From assembly GCA_031422435.1 (NCBI GenBank), contig JANPLU010000041.1:1-17776 (forward strand): a stretch of DNA of 17,776 nt. Direction: 5' to 3'. This DNA is from Acaryochloridaceae cyanobacterium VAR_48_metabat_390. Its GTDB lineage: Bacteria; Cyanobacteriota; Cyanobacteriia; Thermosynechococcales; Thermosynechococcaceae. The notes beneath the pieces are model-generated. The model searched no databases. It was given only the letters and a program-made list of their open reading frames with translations, and was not told the origin of the DNA. The stretch's first letter is position 1. Every line of letters begins with the position of its first letter. The position numbers and the translations under genes were made by a program. Below, piece after piece: positions 16,516 to 17,776 of this stretch.

Positions 16516-16567
16516 ATTTGAAGACTAATATCCATCTCTGTTTTGTGAGTGTGACGGGCTTTTTCCT

Positions 16568-17776
16568 ATGACGCTTACCCAGATTCCCTGGCTGACGACG
16601 GTCATTTTTCTGCCCATTGTGGCCTGTATTGCCATCCCGTTTATCCCCGATGAGGCAGGCAAGGGTAGACCCATTCGTTGGTACGCCCTTGTGGTGGGTT
16701 TGATTGATTTCATCCTCATCGTGACTGCTTTTTATACGCAGTACGATTTTTCTAACCCTGGAATGCAGCTTGTCGAAAGCTACGACTGGGTTCCGCAAAT
16801 TGGTCTGAAGTGGTCTGTTGGGGCAGATGGGCTATCTATGCCCCTGATTTTGATGACGGGGTTTATTACCTCTTTGGCCATTTTGGCGGCTTGGCCTGTC
16901 ACCATGAAGCCTCGGCTGTTCTACACCCTAGTTTTAGCCATGTACGGCGGTCAAATTGCCGTCTTTGCCGTGCAGGACATGCTTGTGTTCTTCTTGGTAT
17001 GGGAGCTAGAGCTGATCCCCGTCTACCTGCTGCTGTCGATTTGGGGTGGCTATAAGCGGCTTTACGCCGCGACCAAGTTTATTCTGTACACGGCTGGTAG
17101 CTCTCTATTTATCTTGGTGGCCTCTCTGGCGATGGCCTTTTACGGCGATACCGTCACCTTTGATATGCACACCCTGGGGCTAAAGGAATACGGTCTGACA
17201 TTCCAGCTATTGGTCTATGGCGGCCTGCTAGTTTCCTACGCGGTCAAGCTGCCCATTGTGCCGCTCCATACCTGGCTCCCGGATGCCCATGGCGAAGCCA
17301 CGGCTCCCGTACACATGCTGTTAGCGGGTATTCTGCTCAAGATGGGTGGCTATGCCCTCATTCGCATGAACGTAGAGATGCTGCCCGGTGCTCACGCCTA
17401 TTTTGCGCCAGCGCTGGTGGTACTGGGCGTGGTGAACATCATCTATGCTGCGCTTACTTCTTTTGCTCAGCGCAATCTGAAGCGCAAGATTGCCTATTCT
17501 TCGATCTCCCACATGGGCTTTGTGCTAATTGGGATCGCGTCTTATACCGATCTCGGTCTGAGTGGCGCAGTTTTGCAGATGGTGTCTCACGGACTCATTG
17601 GAGCCAGCTTATTTTTCTTGGTTGGGGCTACCTATGACCGTACTCACACGCTCATTCTGGAAGAAATGGGCGGGGTTGGCAAAAAAATGCCCAAGATTTT
17701 TGCCATGTTTACCACCTGCTCTATGGCGTCCCTGGCGCTTCCTGGGATGAGCGGATTTGTAGCAGAGCTAATGGTC
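16568..17776 (+). CDS. ndhD1: NDH-1 subunit 4, NdhD1 (partial, runs off the window end; absent from the ORF track)
   Basis: Manual translation [19 protein letters not shown]...[17 protein letters not shown]...[15 protein letters not shown]...[18 protein letters not shown]...LLKMGGYAL...[13 protein letters not shown]. The frame is open for 403 codons to the window end and follows ndhF1. Confidence 0.95.
   Translation, partial: MTLTQIPWLTTVIFLPIVACIAIPFIPDEAGKGRPIRWYALVVGLIDFILIVTAFYTQYDFSNPGMQLVESYDWVPQIGLKWSVGADGLSMPLILMTGFITSLAILAAWPVTMKPRLFYTLVLAMYGGQIAVFAVQDMLVFFLVWELELIPVYLLLSIWGGYKRLYAATKFILYTAGSSLFILVASLAMAFYGDTVTFDMHTLGLKEYGLTFQLLVYGGLLVSYAVKLPIVPLHTWLPDAHGEATAPVHMLLAGILLKMGGYALIRMNVEMLPGAHAYFAPALVVLGVVNIIYAALTSFAQRNLKRKIAYSSISHMGFVLIGIASYTDLGLSGAVLQMVSHGLIGASLFFLVGATYDRTHTLILEEMGGVGKKMPKIFAMFTTCSMASLALPGMSGFVAELMV

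Noticed and set aside
16490..17750. Short ORFs listed in the track over the last 1.3 kb
   Set aside because: They overlap the real ndhD1 frame (16568 to the window end), which the track missed because it has no stop codon in the window.
1..17776. CRISPR array, transposase, prophage, tRNA or defence system
   Set aside because: No regularly spaced direct repeats, cloverleaf structures or matching protein motifs seen. Gene content is core cyanobacterial.

Overview
A cyanobacterial core-genome window; at least 15 perfect HIP1 octamers (GCGATCGC) were counted by eye. In order it holds: an unannotated 41-aa single-transmembrane ORF directly behind kaiC, the complete circadian clock cluster kaiA-kaiB-kaiC (minus strand), a standalone class I glutamine amidotransferase, glgB, a class A beta-lactamase-fold serine hydrolase, psaK, trpF, thiS and a long ThiD2-ThiE type thiE, a secreted DUF3747 protein with a SPOR-like C-terminus, a YaaW-family protein, an NnrU/Z-ISO protein, a TrxC-type thioredoxin, ndhF1 and the 5' part of ndhD1, which is cut by the window end. 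Two REP/REPIN-like palindromic elements and several stem-loops lie between genes. I see no transposase, CRISPR array, tRNA or rRNA. The best candidate for something undescribed is the small membrane-protein ORF (8..133, minus), positioned as a possible extra cistron of the kaiBC transcript. Next are a TrxC-like thioredoxin with a canonical WCGPC site and natural KaiC substitutions at known period-tuning positions. All family assignments come from motif recognition and recall, not from database searches.
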